Below are positions 1 through 8,225 of a stretch of 57,435 nt of DNA, piece by piece. The position numbers and the translations under genes were made by a program. Position 1 is the stretch's first letter, and every line of letters begins with the position of its first letter. Location: the IMG/VR virus record IMGVR_UViG_3300045004_000084; one strand, given 5' to 3'. The notes beneath the pieces were generated by a model. The model worked only from the letters and a program-made list of their open reading frames with translations. It was not told the origin of the DNA and searched no databases. This DNA is from a virus. Taxonomy: Duplodnaviria > Heunggongvirae > Uroviricota > Caudoviricetes.

Positions 1-214
1 TGTCGTCGGGGTCGTCGCGGTCGTACGGCTGGGCGTGCGGGCGAATCGTCTCGGCCATTTCGGGTCGGCCGTTTTCCTCGACGTAGTCGGCGTACACCAG
101 CCGGACAGTGTTCTCTGCGGTGTCGGTCTCTTTGATGGCCTTCAGCAGGGCTTTCTCTTCGTCGTTGATCTGCGGCCCGGTAGGTCGGGTACGGAGCTTC
201 GGCTGCCTGAGCAT
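1..214 (-). CDS. TIGR02996-domain protein (3' end runs off the window)
   Basis: Hand-translated, not in the ORF track: MLRQPKLRTRPTGPQINDEEKALLKAIKETDTAENTVRLVYADYVEENGRPEMAETIR. It matches the TIGR02996 pattern (FL.AI...P.DD..RLVYADWL.E.G...RAE.IR). SD GGAGGA lies 4 nt before the ATG. Confidence 0.75.
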   Translation of the reverse strand, partial: MLRQPKLRTRPTGPQINDEEKALLKAIKETDTAENTVRLVYADYVEENGRPEMAETIRPHAQPYDRDDPDD

Positions 215-231
215 GTCATCCTCCGCGCATG

Positions 232-260
232 AAAAAACCCGGCGGGAAAAGCCCGCCGGG
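232..260 (-). terminator. Rho-independent terminator
   Basis: Perfect 9-bp stem CCCGGCGGG/CCCGCCGGG with a 5-nt loop, followed by a T6 tract on the minus strand, downstream of the acidic gene. Confidence 0.85.
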
Positions 261-287
261 CTGATTGTACATCACCGACATCGAAAA

Positions 288-542
288 TCAGAAGACCTCG
301 TCGTCTTCGTCGTCGTCCTCGTCGTCGTCCTCGTCGTCGTCCTCGTCGTCCTCGTCCTCGTCCTCGTCGTCCTCGTCTTCGTCTTCGTCTTCGTCATCCA
401 GGTCGAGGTCGTCGAAGTCTTCATCGTCGTCGTCGAAGTAATCGTCATCGTCGTCGATATCGTCATCCTCGTCGGTGTCGTCATCGTCGTCATCGACGAC
501 ATCGTCGTCGAACTCGTCTTCGAGGTCTTCGTCAACGGGCAT
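288..542 (-). CDS. Extremely acidic 84-aa protein (68/84 D or E)
   Basis: ORF with a perfect SD (AAGGAGG, 7 nt before the ATG) and a terminator immediately downstream. Confidence 0.8.
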   Translation of the reverse strand: MPVDEDLEDEFDDDVVDDDDDDTDEDDDIDDDDDYFDDDDEDFDDLDLDDEDEDEDEDDEDEDEDDEDDDEDDDEDDDEDDEVF

Positions 543-554
543 GTCAGATCCTCC

Positions 555-3269
555 TTAGCTTGCCAGACGCGGATTCGCTCTGGTCGTCCCACGGATTCTT
601 TCGAGCTGACTGTCCCACCACTCTACTGAGAATACCCACCCGGCAACCGGCGGGTCCATACGATCCTCCTGATCGAGCAAAACCCCAGCTTCGGTAAGGG
701 CGGTAGTGAGGTCTCGGTCGTCAGGCGCCGGTAGACCCTTGTCAAACAACGCTCGGTACAGACCGGATTTCGCCAGCCAAACTCGATCACCGTCGCGAAC
801 CACGGCCGGTGTTTTCCGTCGGTTTTCGTGCGTCCGCATTCGAGCACCTGTCAGTTGCCCTCCCTCGACCAGACGACCGACTACTTCGCCGAACGCTCGA
901 GCCACCTGATTCGGCCGGTCGGCGTAGGGGGCGGCGGCGTCGAGGATGACGCGGGCTTTGCGAAACACGGTCGCGTCCAGACCTTCGGCCTCCAACCATT
1001 CGCGCATACCTTGCAGAACCCGATCGGCCAGCGGACCTGACTCCGGCAGTCGCAGGTTGCGGTGCATAAGGAATCGGAAGAAGTTCGACAGCAGCTTGGC
1101 CGCCGGCCTTTGAAGCCTCATCGGATCACCGGCCGCCTCCGTCTCGACCCTGGTGTACTGTCCTGTTATTGCCCCAATTCGGCTCTCGAACCACGTTGCT
1201 TGCCAGACGCTGTTGCGGATGCCGGACGATCCGATCCACGCCCGGAAGGCCGTGAGGCTGTTGGCCTGGTTCGGCACCAACACCGGCCATCCGTGTTTGG
1301 CCTCCTCGGCAGCCAGGTCGAACACCCGTTTGGACGCGTTCGTGTGGCTGATAGGCGGCTGATAGGCGGCGCATCCGAGCCAGCAGGCCATACGGGCCGC
1401 CAGCTCGGCCGACTTTCCAACCAGGCCGATGGCCGATGTTTTCAGGCCGTATGCCGGGGCCAGCACGTCGGACGCGACGGCCGAAGCTATGGCCCACAGC
1501 ATCGCCGTTAACGGCTCGTCTTCGGTCAAGGCGTCCCAGTCGAGACGGGACAGCGGTTCTCCCGCGCAGCCTGTCGTAGGGGTCGTGTCGTCTCGTAGAG
1601 GGTACACCCCCTCGTCGACGAATTCGTCGGCGGTGACGACGAAGTTGGCGAACACGAACTTGTGGGGGTCCGAACACCAGCCGACTCGCTCTGGGCCTTT
1701 GACGTGACGGGGAGGATGGAGCTGCATGGCAATCTGCGTCACCTGCGTTCCGTATCCCTTGCTGTACACCACCACACCCTTGCCTGCGGCCAGCACTTTT
1801 GCCCTCATCCACGCGAGTGTCTTGTTTTCCACTTTGGCCTGCGGCTCAACGAACGGCACTTGTTCGTCGCGAATGCCGATCGACCCCCGGTAGTAGGTCT
1901 TGTCGCCGATGGTGATCACTTCGTCGATCCGCAGACGGGCGTTGACCATCTGCTCGCCGTTGCGGCGGATACCGTCCCGCCCCTCAGTGAACAAGTTCCC
2001 CCCGATCTGCACCGACAGTCCGTTAGTGTTCTCGACCCGCAAAAGGCGCGACTGCGTGGTAGCGAGTTCGCCACGACTCATGATTTCATTTCTCTCGTCA
2101 GCGTTCAGGTTCATGGCCGCCACCTCGGCTTGACCACTCGATTCCACCAGTGACTTCTGTCGTTCCTCGAGGGCCTCCATCCAGTCCAGCGACCGGGTAA
2201 TTGCCCGATCGACCCACATCTTTGACTCGTACCGGCTCAGGTGCTTGGCGATGGTGTCGTTGACACCGTCCTCCGCGCATACACGTCCGCCGTTCTCGCG
2301 AGCCAGTCGTATCAGCTCACTCGTCGATCGCATGCCCCAGAACACCGGCGTCGTCCCGGCCAGGCCGGCATACGTCTTCGTACTTCGGTCCTTGTGTTTC
2401 AGGCGTACGACTACCGGCAGCGGCTTGCCTCCGTCACGCAGATGCTTGTGCTGCAGCTTCAGAGCCTCGATCAAGTCGTCGGTGACGACCGCCGTCGCGG
2501 CGTCGGCGGCTACCGGCAGCATAGCGATTCCGAGCTCTTTCGACCTGCTGCCGGTGTTGCCTATGATCGGGCGGATGATGATGTCTTCGGGCCGGCCCTG
2601 TCGTCCGATGAAAACCAGTGACCGAATTCGGCCGGGAAGGTCCCAGGCAGGCACGACCAGAATGTCGGCCCAGCCGTTGCCGACGAACGACCGCAGCTTG
2701 CCGGTGTCCGTCGACCGGTTCATGGGCGGGTCGTCGGTCACCCGAAGGCCCAGCTCGGCGTCCCGACGATGACAGGCGCCGGTCAGCATGCCGACGTGCT
2801 TCTGCCACTGGTCGAGATTTACGTCCGGGTCGATGCCCAATTTTGATAGCATCGCTCGCAATTCGCCGCTCTCGGCGACCAGTTTGCTCTCTCGACACGT
2901 CTTCCAGAAGTTGTTGACTTTACGACGGTAACGTACGAATTGCAGCTCGTAACCCTCGATCGCCGAATCGAGGTGGAACGCGTCGAGGTGCAGCTTTCGG
3001 TCCCGGCACAGGCGGGTGGCCGCGTCCCTCACGTCGGCCTTCCACACTCCGGCCGCGAGCTCTATCATATCCCCCGCCCACCCGCACCCCCGGCAATGCG
3101 ACCATTGCCCGCTGTACACCGGGTCGTGGTAAACGGTAAACTGGTGTTCGGCGCCGCAGAACGGACATCTCGTCCGGCACGGCAGAGCGGCCGCCGGGAC
3201 GGGTATACCGAGCGCGGGCAGCACCTCTGCCCAAAACGCGAACCGGGAAACATTCTGGAGGCCGAACAT
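555..3269 (-). CDS. Primase-like replication protein with N-terminal CHC2-type Zn-binding domain
   Basis: CPFC...H...HCRGC...GDMIEL motif typical of DnaG-type Zn fingers. The central/C-terminal part (GW....FVF) is reminiscent of DUF927-type primase-helicase partners. No clear Walker A. Start is 3269 or 3275. Confidence 0.55.
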   Translation of the reverse strand: MFGLQNVSRFAFWAEVLPALGIPVPAAALPCRTRCPFCGAEHQFTVYHDPVYSGQWSHCRGCGWAGDMIELAAGVWKADVRDAATRLCRDRKLHLDAFHLDSAIEGYELQFVRYRRKVNNFWKTCRESKLVAESGELRAMLSKLGIDPDVNLDQWQKHVGMLTGACHRRDAELGLRVTDDPPMNRSTDTGKLRSFVGNGWADILVVPAWDLPGRIRSLVFIGRQGRPEDIIIRPIIGNTGSRSKELGIAMLPVAADAATAVVTDDLIEALKLQHKHLRDGGKPLPVVVRLKHKDRSTKTYAGLAGTTPVFWGMRSTSELIRLARENGGRVCAEDGVNDTIAKHLSRYESKMWVDRAITRSLDWMEALEERQKSLVESSGQAEVAAMNLNADERNEIMSRGELATTQSRLLRVENTNGLSVQIGGNLFTEGRDGIRRNGEQMVNARLRIDEVITIGDKTYYRGSIGIRDEQVPFVEPQAKVENKTLAWMRAKVLAAGKGVVVYSKGYGTQVTQIAMQLHPPRHVKGPERVGWCSDPHKFVFANFVVTADEFVDEGVYPLRDDTTPTTGCAGEPLSRLDWDALTEDEPLTAMLWAIASAVASDVLAPAYGLKTSAIGLVGKSAELAARMACWLGCAAYQPPISHTNASKRVFDLAAEEAKHGWPVLVPNQANSLTAFRAWIGSSGIRNSVWQATWFESRIGAITGQYTRVETEAAGDPMRLQRPAAKLLSNFFRFLMHRNLRLPESGPLADRVLQGMREWLEAEGLDATVFRKARVILDAAAPYADRPNQVARAFGEVVGRLVEGGQLTGARMRTHENRRKTPAVVRDGDRVWLAKSGLYRALFDKGLPAPDDRDLTTALTEAGVLLDQEDRMDPPVAGWVFSVEWWDSQLERIRGTTRANPRLAS

Positions 3270-4431
3270 GGTCATGGATCAAACCACAGATCCCAACGGG
3301 CAGACCCTTCACAATCTGACCAAGCTCTACGATCCGCCCGAGTTTGTCAAGGCGGCGTCCCACGACGTCATCACCGGCAAGTCTCTGGGGGCGCTCCCGC
3401 CGACGGCTTACGGGGATCCGCGCACGTCGCAGTTCCCGATCGACACTCCGGCCAGCACCTTTGTGTCGATGATGTACTTCCTCGACGCTCGGCCTGGTCT
3501 CGGCAAGATGGCTGCCCTCGTCGAAGACCGGATCGACACGGCCGCTCGGTATTTCGGCATCGAGGGTCACCTGAAGACCCTCAAGGAGAAGCACGCCGCC
3601 AACGAGCGGACCGAGCTGTCCTCCATGCCGGACGACGACTTCGGGTCCGTCATTCAGTACGAAGGCGGCAGGGTCGAACGGCATCTGCCGCTACGCAACT
3701 CCCACGAGGTGAAAGCCGCGTTCGACTTCCTCGGGAAATGGGGCAAGGATTTCGTCTACTCCGACCGCCGGGCCATCGCCGAGCGGGTGCTCCGCAAGTC
3801 GGCTTCCCTGGGAGGGTTGTCGGACGCCGAGGAGCAGAAGCTCACCAAGATGGCCGGCTGGGGGGTGGGGGCCGCCGAGGGCGTTGCCGAAGCCTTGTAC
3901 AAGCGGGCCGCCGCCCTGCGAACCCTGCGCCGCAATGTCGATCTGCAGGAAGCCTTGGCGGAGACCGCCATAGCGTGCCTGAAGAATCCGCAGAACTTCC
4001 ATGTCCCGGCCAACATGCAGAAGATCGCCTCCTTCATCGACGCGATCGACCGTGAGGAGGGGCTCCTGGCGGCCAACCTCGGCGCCCCGGAGGATCTGTT
4101 CCAGTTCACCGTCAAGGAGGCGAGCGACTTCGCCGACGACCACGTTCAGCTCACCACCGGAACGGTGTACAAGAAGGCCGATCTTCGTCAGCTCGACCTG
4201 ACCGACATCCAAGACGTGATGGGCAAGCAGTTTGCCGAGCTGGTGTCGGCCGGCGGGGTGATGCTCGACATCGAGAAACTGGCCGAACAGCTCCACACGT
4301 TGCCACGGGCCGACGCCAAACTGTTCGACCAGCTTGCCGAAGCTGTAGCCCTGGTCCCGATGGGCAAGCAGGCGGCTGACGACGGCGCCGTCAACCGCTT
4401 CTACGACGCTCTGGCGTCGTTGCATCAGTGA
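3268..4431 (+). CDS. 387-aa phage protein with two DUF6582-like repeats and many K-x-A motifs; probable head-associated protein
   Basis: Only plus-strand gene. SD GGAGG 6 nt before ATG 3268. Repeats LPPTAYGDPRTSQFPIDTPASTFVSMMYF and MPDDDFG...ERHLPLRNSHEVKAAFDFL. Confidence 0.8.
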   Translation: MVMDQTTDPNGQTLHNLTKLYDPPEFVKAASHDVITGKSLGALPPTAYGDPRTSQFPIDTPASTFVSMMYFLDARPGLGKMAALVEDRIDTAARYFGIEGHLKTLKEKHAANERTELSSMPDDDFGSVIQYEGGRVERHLPLRNSHEVKAAFDFLGKWGKDFVYSDRRAIAERVLRKSASLGGLSDAEEQKLTKMAGWGVGAAEGVAEALYKRAAALRTLRRNVDLQEALAETAIACLKNPQNFHVPANMQKIASFIDAIDREEGLLAANLGAPEDLFQFTVKEASDFADDHVQLTTGTVYKKADLRQLDLTDIQDVMGKQFAELVSAGGVMLDIEKLAEQLHTLPRADAKLFDQLAEAVALVPMGKQAADDGAVNRFYDALASLHQ

Positions 4432-4437
4432 TGACTC

Positions 4438-4463
4438 GGAGGTGCCGGCTCGGCGGCACCTCC
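4438..4463. terminator. Hairpin between convergent genes (probable bidirectional terminator)
   Basis: 10-bp perfect stem GGAGGTGCCG/CGGCACCTCC with a 6-nt loop, between stop codons at 4431 and 4477. No canonical downstream U-tract. Confidence 0.55.
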
Positions 4464-4476
4464 AAAAGTCTTGGCG

Positions 4477-4998
4477 CTAACACTTCAGGCCCACGTCATC
4501 CAGCGGCACGTTGTACGCGAACAGAATCCCGTCGTCGGCCTCGAGCTTGAGGTCCTCCTCCGGCGGGAAGTACCTTCTCAACACTTTCTCCGACCGCCAC
4601 GACATCGCGCGGAAGAACTTTTGGGAAATCACGTCGCGGTCACGGACCATGGCCGTCGCTCGAATACGGCAGCTGCCCATCAATTTCGACATGAGCTTGT
4701 CGAGCATCTGGGTGCCGATTCCGTGCCGGCGATGATCCGGGTGGACGGCGATTTTGAGGAGCGTGAACGACGTACGGTCTTGCTGGTAGGCAAAGTACCC
4801 GACTGTCTGCAAACTGTTGGCGTTGCCTCGGTATGCCAGCATGACAACGCAAGTCTTCTTGCTCAGGTGCTTCTTAAAGTCGTCGGCCGTCCAGACGTCC
4901 TCGAACGACCCGTACTCGATCTGCAGCACCTCGTCGATGTCTTTGGGCGTCATCCAGCGTATTTTGACCAGGGTCGGGACCTTTTCGGTGGCCGTCAT
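4477..4998 (-). CDS. rimI: GNAT N-acetyltransferase, RimI-like
   Basis: IRWM...D..EVL.IE..SF...W and motif A AVHPDHRRHGIGTQML; similar to planctomycete RimI. SD GGAGG before the ATG at 4998. Confidence 0.75.
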   Translation of the reverse strand: MTATEKVPTLVKIRWMTPKDIDEVLQIEYGSFEDVWTADDFKKHLSKKTCVVMLAYRGNANSLQTVGYFAYQQDRTSFTLLKIAVHPDHRRHGIGTQMLDKLMSKLMGSCRIRATAMVRDRDVISQKFFRAMSWRSEKVLRRYFPPEEDLKLEADDGILFAYNVPLDDVGLKC

Positions 4999-5074
4999 GG
5001 CTCGATCCTCCGTGGTGGAGAGGGGCGCATCCCTGCCCCCTGCAGTGTACCCCAACTCGACTCGGCGGCCCACA

Positions 5075-5392
5075 TCATCCCGTGGTCTCGTCGCGCCACT
5101 CCCAATCGAGGTATTTGAACGCGCCGGCCACGTCGTCCTTCATCGCCTGCAGGTCGGCGTAGTCGAAGTATTCGAGGTTCGTCCGGGCGGGTTGGCTGAT
5201 CCACTCGAAGAAGACGTCGAAGGTGTTGTACCCCATCCAGTGGACCTGCCCGACCGTGAGCAGCTCCCGCTCGCCCAGTTTCAGGCCCGGTACGGGGACG
5301 AAGCCGATGATCTTCTTCGCCTTACCCTTCGACTGGGTCTTGCTCGGTGAGTGCGTTACCTCGACGTGGAACGTGACTTCGATCGGGTTCAT
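5075..5392 (-). CDS. Hypothetical protein (105 aa)
   Basis: MNPIEVTFHVEV...; ATGA coupling with the upstream gene. Confidence 0.6.
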   Translation of the reverse strand: MNPIEVTFHVEVTHSPSKTQSKGKAKKIIGFVPVPGLKLGERELLTVGQVHWMGYNTFDVFFEWISQPARTNLEYFDYADLQAMKDDVAGAFKYLDWEWRDETTG

Positions 5393-5631
5393 TTCGGCTC
5401 TTCCGGGTTGTGGTAGGGGATGCCGACCGACTGAAGCGCCGCCGCTCCCGGCACGGTGGTGAAGATGGGGTGCGGCACCTCTTCGGTCCACACGCAGAAG
5501 CACCCCGAGTGCTGGCCGCACTCGGGGCAGTGGAGAGTCTTGGCGTCGTGCTTCTTCGGGTCCCAGGTGCAGACCACGAAATGAAGTCCGCACGCGAGGC
5601 ACTTAGCCTTTACCTGTGTGTGCTTGGTCAT
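5389..5631 (-). CDS. Small Zn-ribbon protein (80 aa)
   Basis: CLAC...CPEC pairs; stop overlaps the next ATG. Confidence 0.6.
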   Translation of the reverse strand: MTKHTQVKAKCLACGLHFVVCTWDPKKHDAKTLHCPECGQHSGCFCVWTEEVPHPIFTTVPGAAALQSVGIPYHNPEEPK

Positions 5632-5758
5632 CTGGTCTGTCTCCGTCCACGGGCTCGGTGTCGATGTCCGGACTGCCGCACTGCGGGCAGAGTACGGGCT
5701 CACCTTTCTGGATCTGATCGAACGTGCCGCACTTCGGGCACTTCACTTCCCACGTCAC
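5603..5758 (-). CDS. Small Zn-ribbon protein (51 aa)
   Basis: GTG start overlapping the upstream TGA (GTGA); CPKC...CPQC pairs. Confidence 0.55.
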   Translation of the reverse strand: MTWEVKCPKCGTFDQIQKGEPVLCPQCGSPDIDTEPVDGDRPDDQAHTGKG

Positions 5759-6153
5759 GGCTGATCTCCTTGTGACGGCTGTTCGGCTTCGTACTCGTCG
5801 TCCTCTTCTTTCTGCTTCTGCTCGAGGACGCGGTCGATTTGTTCGAGAAAGTCGGTCGTCGCCGGCGTGGGCGGGCCGTCGTCGTAGCACAGCACGACGG
5901 TCATGGTCTCGTCCTCGGACTCAAGGTTGTAGGTGTCGAGGACTCCTTGGTAGTCGCCCTCCTTGTACGCCTGGACGATCTCTCTCTGAGCTTCCAGGCT
6001 TAACCTGCCGTCGACGTCGCCGCTATTGATGTTGTCGAGGACGGCGAGCGAGAGTCCGAGAAGGGCCTCTTCTTTGTTGGCGTAGATACAAACGTCGGTG
6101 CCGTGGCGGTGGGTGTACACGCCCACCGCTCGGGGTTTGACGTCTTCACTCAT
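5755..6153 (-). CDS. Hypothetical acidic protein (132 aa)
   Basis: MSEDVKPRAVGVYTHRHGTD...; SD GAGGA. Confidence 0.65.
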   Translation of the reverse strand: MSEDVKPRAVGVYTHRHGTDVCIYANKEEALLGLSLAVLDNINSGDVDGRLSLEAQREIVQAYKEGDYQGVLDTYNLESEDETMTVVLCYDDGPPTPATTDFLEQIDRVLEQKQKEEDDEYEAEQPSQGDQP

Positions 6154-6349
6154 ATTCATCCTCATCCAGAACGCTCTCGTAAGTGATGTCGACCTCACCG
6201 GATTGGATCAGATCGACGAACTTTTTGAGGGCGAGTCGTTTGATGGTCTGGTACGAGGCGTCGAGGTTTTCAGGATCGACGCCGCTGGGCAGCCTGATGC
6301 ACACCCCGGTGTCGAGGAACACATCGAGCCGCAGATTTTTCTTCGCCAT
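6146..6349 (-). CDS. Hypothetical protein (67 aa)
   Basis: MAKKNLRLDVFLDTG...; starts 2 nt after the WGR gene stop. Confidence 0.55.
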   Translation of the reverse strand: MAKKNLRLDVFLDTGVCIRLPSGVDPENLDASYQTIKRLALKKFVDLIQSGEVDITYESVLDEDEYE

Positions 6350-6351
6350 TG

Positions 6352-7011
6352 TCACAGGTCCAGGCCGCGCACCTGCACCTCGTCGTCCCGGGGCGCAGCA
6401 ACCCGGGCCGGTGCCGATCCGCCACCGCTGCCTGAGCCGCCGTTGGCCGAGTCGAGTACGGCCTGCGGGGCTCCGGCGTGCTTCGAGGCCGCGACCTCGG
6501 TGTAACCCTTGCCGGTCTTCTCGCTCATCATCTTCGCGGCGTAGTCCATCGCCGCACGCGGCGACGCGAACTGCTTTGCCTGGGTCTGACCGGCTGTGCC
6601 GATCCGGCCCCAGGTAGCGAAGAAGAACTTGCCCCGGACCTGGCAGGTCCAGAACTTCGAGTGGTTTCCGCTGACGTACTGAAAACAACGCTTCTCGATC
6701 ATGTCAAAGCCCTCCCGTTCGCCCGGCGGTGCGGACGGCAGCCAGCTCCAGTCCTCTGGTTGCAGCTCCATCTCACAGCCACCACAGTATAACCAACTGA
6801 AGTTGTCCGGATCGGTGGCCTCCGGGCGGACCCGAGCCCCTTGCCTCCGGCCCACCCAGACGCCCAGCTCCGAGTCAACTTTTCCTTCGATCCAGAACCC
6901 TTCTCCGCCGTAGGTGTAGTGTACCTCGACTCCGTAGAGTCGGTGATCCCGGTTGCAGTATCCGCAGTGGGCGCGCTTCATCAGGATGCCGTACGGTACC
7001 TGACCGTCCAT
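6352..7011 (-). CDS. WGR-domain protein with N-terminal Cys (Zn) domain and C-terminal RGLDL motif
   Basis: GNHSKFWTCQV...TWGRIGTAGQ...EKTGKGY is the WGR consensus; CGYC...CGGC at the N-terminus; SD AGGAGG. Confidence 0.8.
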   Translation of the reverse strand: MDGQVPYGILMKRAHCGYCNRDHRLYGVEVHYTYGGEGFWIEGKVDSELGVWVGRRQGARVRPEATDPDNFSWLYCGGCEMELQPEDWSWLPSAPPGEREGFDMIEKRCFQYVSGNHSKFWTCQVRGKFFFATWGRIGTAGQTQAKQFASPRAAMDYAAKMMSEKTGKGYTEVAASKHAGAPQAVLDSANGGSGSGGGSAPARVAAPRDDEVQVRGLDL

Positions 7012-7023
7012 GACGACCTCCTG

Positions 7024-7554
7024 TCAGATGTGCCAGCGGCAATGGACTGCCTCGATCATGTACTGGTGAACGGTCGGGAGGATCTTGAAGCTCTTCTTTT
7101 GCGCTTCTTCGAGAGTCACCCACTTCACGGCGTGGTGGGCGTCCCCTTCGAGCTTCAGCTCCTCCTTGTTGGAGAAGAGGATGTACACGAACGCCAGGTG
7201 CTTGTGGCCCGGTAGCGGCGGGAAGGCGTGCATGTCCACGGCGAAGGGAGTGTACAAAACCCGGGTCTCGTGCTCCCCGTTGTCGACGACGGCCATCCGC
7301 AGCAGGCTGGTGACACGCTGCTGTTCGGTCGTCTGGAACACCGAGTAGTCTTGTAGGTGGCGCAGGCCGGTCTCTTCCTCGACCTCGCGCTTGAGAGCCT
7401 TGTCGGTGTCCTCTCCGATTTCGACGTGGCCGCCCGGAGGCAGCCAGCACCCGAGTTTCTTGTGGTCCACCATGGCGACGGCCGCCATCCGGGGGTGGAC
7501 GATGAAGGCGGAGACCACGAAGTCCAGTTCGGCGAACAGGTGCGGCACGGTCAT
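7024..7554 (-). CDS. NUDIX hydrolase
   Basis: Nudix box GGHVEIGEDTDKALKREVEEETGL; ATGA coupling. Confidence 0.9.
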   Translation of the reverse strand: MTVPHLFAELDFVVSAFIVHPRMAAVAMVDHKKLGCWLPPGGHVEIGEDTDKALKREVEEETGLRHLQDYSVFQTTEQQRVTSLLRMAVVDNGEHETRVLYTPFAVDMHAFPPLPGHKHLAFVYILFSNKEELKLEGDAHHAVKWVTLEEAQKKSFKILPTVHQYMIEAVHCRWHI

Positions 7555-7829
7555 TCCTCCGGTGGCGAGAAAACTTGATCGTCGGGAGCCTGCATCAGCT
7601 CCCGCACGGTATCGAGGATCTCTTTTTCGGAGAACATAGTGGCGACGTCGTCCGGCAGCGAGCAGCACGCCGCGTAGTTTTCCAGGGCGGCGCCGGTACC
7701 GTCGATCTCTCCGATCAGGCCCTCGATGTCGTCTTCGGCCTCCCACTGTTCTATCTTGGCCCGGACCGCCTTGCGGAACAGCTCCACAATGCGGTCCTTG
7801 TGGGCCTCCAGCGCCTCACGATTCGTCAT
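7551..7829 (-). CDS. Hypothetical protein (92 aa)
   Basis: MTNREALEAHKD...; overlaps flanking genes as in an operon. Confidence 0.6.
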   Translation of the reverse strand: MTNREALEAHKDRIVELFRKAVRAKIEQWEAEDDIEGLIGEIDGTGAALENYAACCSLPDDVATMFSEKEILDTVRELMQAPDDQVFSPPEE

Positions 7830-8214
7830 CGTCTTCCTCCTCCTCGTCGTCGTCCCCTTCCTCATCTTCGTCGTCGTCGCGGTCGGGGAAGAGTTCGTCT
7901 GCCGCCGCAGTCAGGGTGTCCCAGTTGACGCCCAGCGTAGCGTCGTGGTTGCGATCAACGAAGTCGAGCACCTCGGCGGCCTGCGCGTCGTCCAAGCCCG
8001 GGCACACGCTCTGCACGTCGCCGACGCTCCACTTGAGCGCGATCGTGTACTCTTCGTCCCCGTCGACGGGTTCGATCTCGTCCAGCTTGGCCTTGATGGC
8101 CCGCTGGACTTTCATGATCTTGTTGGTCATGCCCTTCGGTATCCGCGAGTCGTCGCAGATGAGTTGGAGGTCGTTGAGTAGCTTGCGAATCTCCTCGATC
8201 TCTGTCGTTGTCAT
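7816..8214 (-). CDS. Hypothetical phage protein with W..DV...L....A.EVL......HDA..G.NWD motif and acidic tail
   Basis: SD GGAG; motif recalled from small phage/mobile-element proteins; D/E-rich C-terminus. Confidence 0.65.
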   Translation of the reverse strand: MTTTEIEEIRKLLNDLQLICDDSRIPKGMTNKIMKVQRAIKAKLDEIEPVDGDEEYTIALKWSVGDVQSVCPGLDDAQAAEVLDFVDRNHDATLGVNWDTLTAAADELFPDRDDDEDEEGDDDEEEEDDDES

Positions 8215-8225
8215 GGTGTCTCCGG

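Noticed and set aside
272-629. Alternative-frame ORFs over the acidic gene (T/R-rich 272-592; V-rich plus-strand 108-629)
   Set aside because: Products of the GAC/GAG repeat read in other frames; only 288-542 has an SD and a terminator.
1347-1370. 11-bp tandem duplication GCTGATAGGCG x2 inside the primase-like gene
   Set aside because: The reading frame is intact with both copies, and removing one would truncate the protein, so it is not evidence of an error or a switch.
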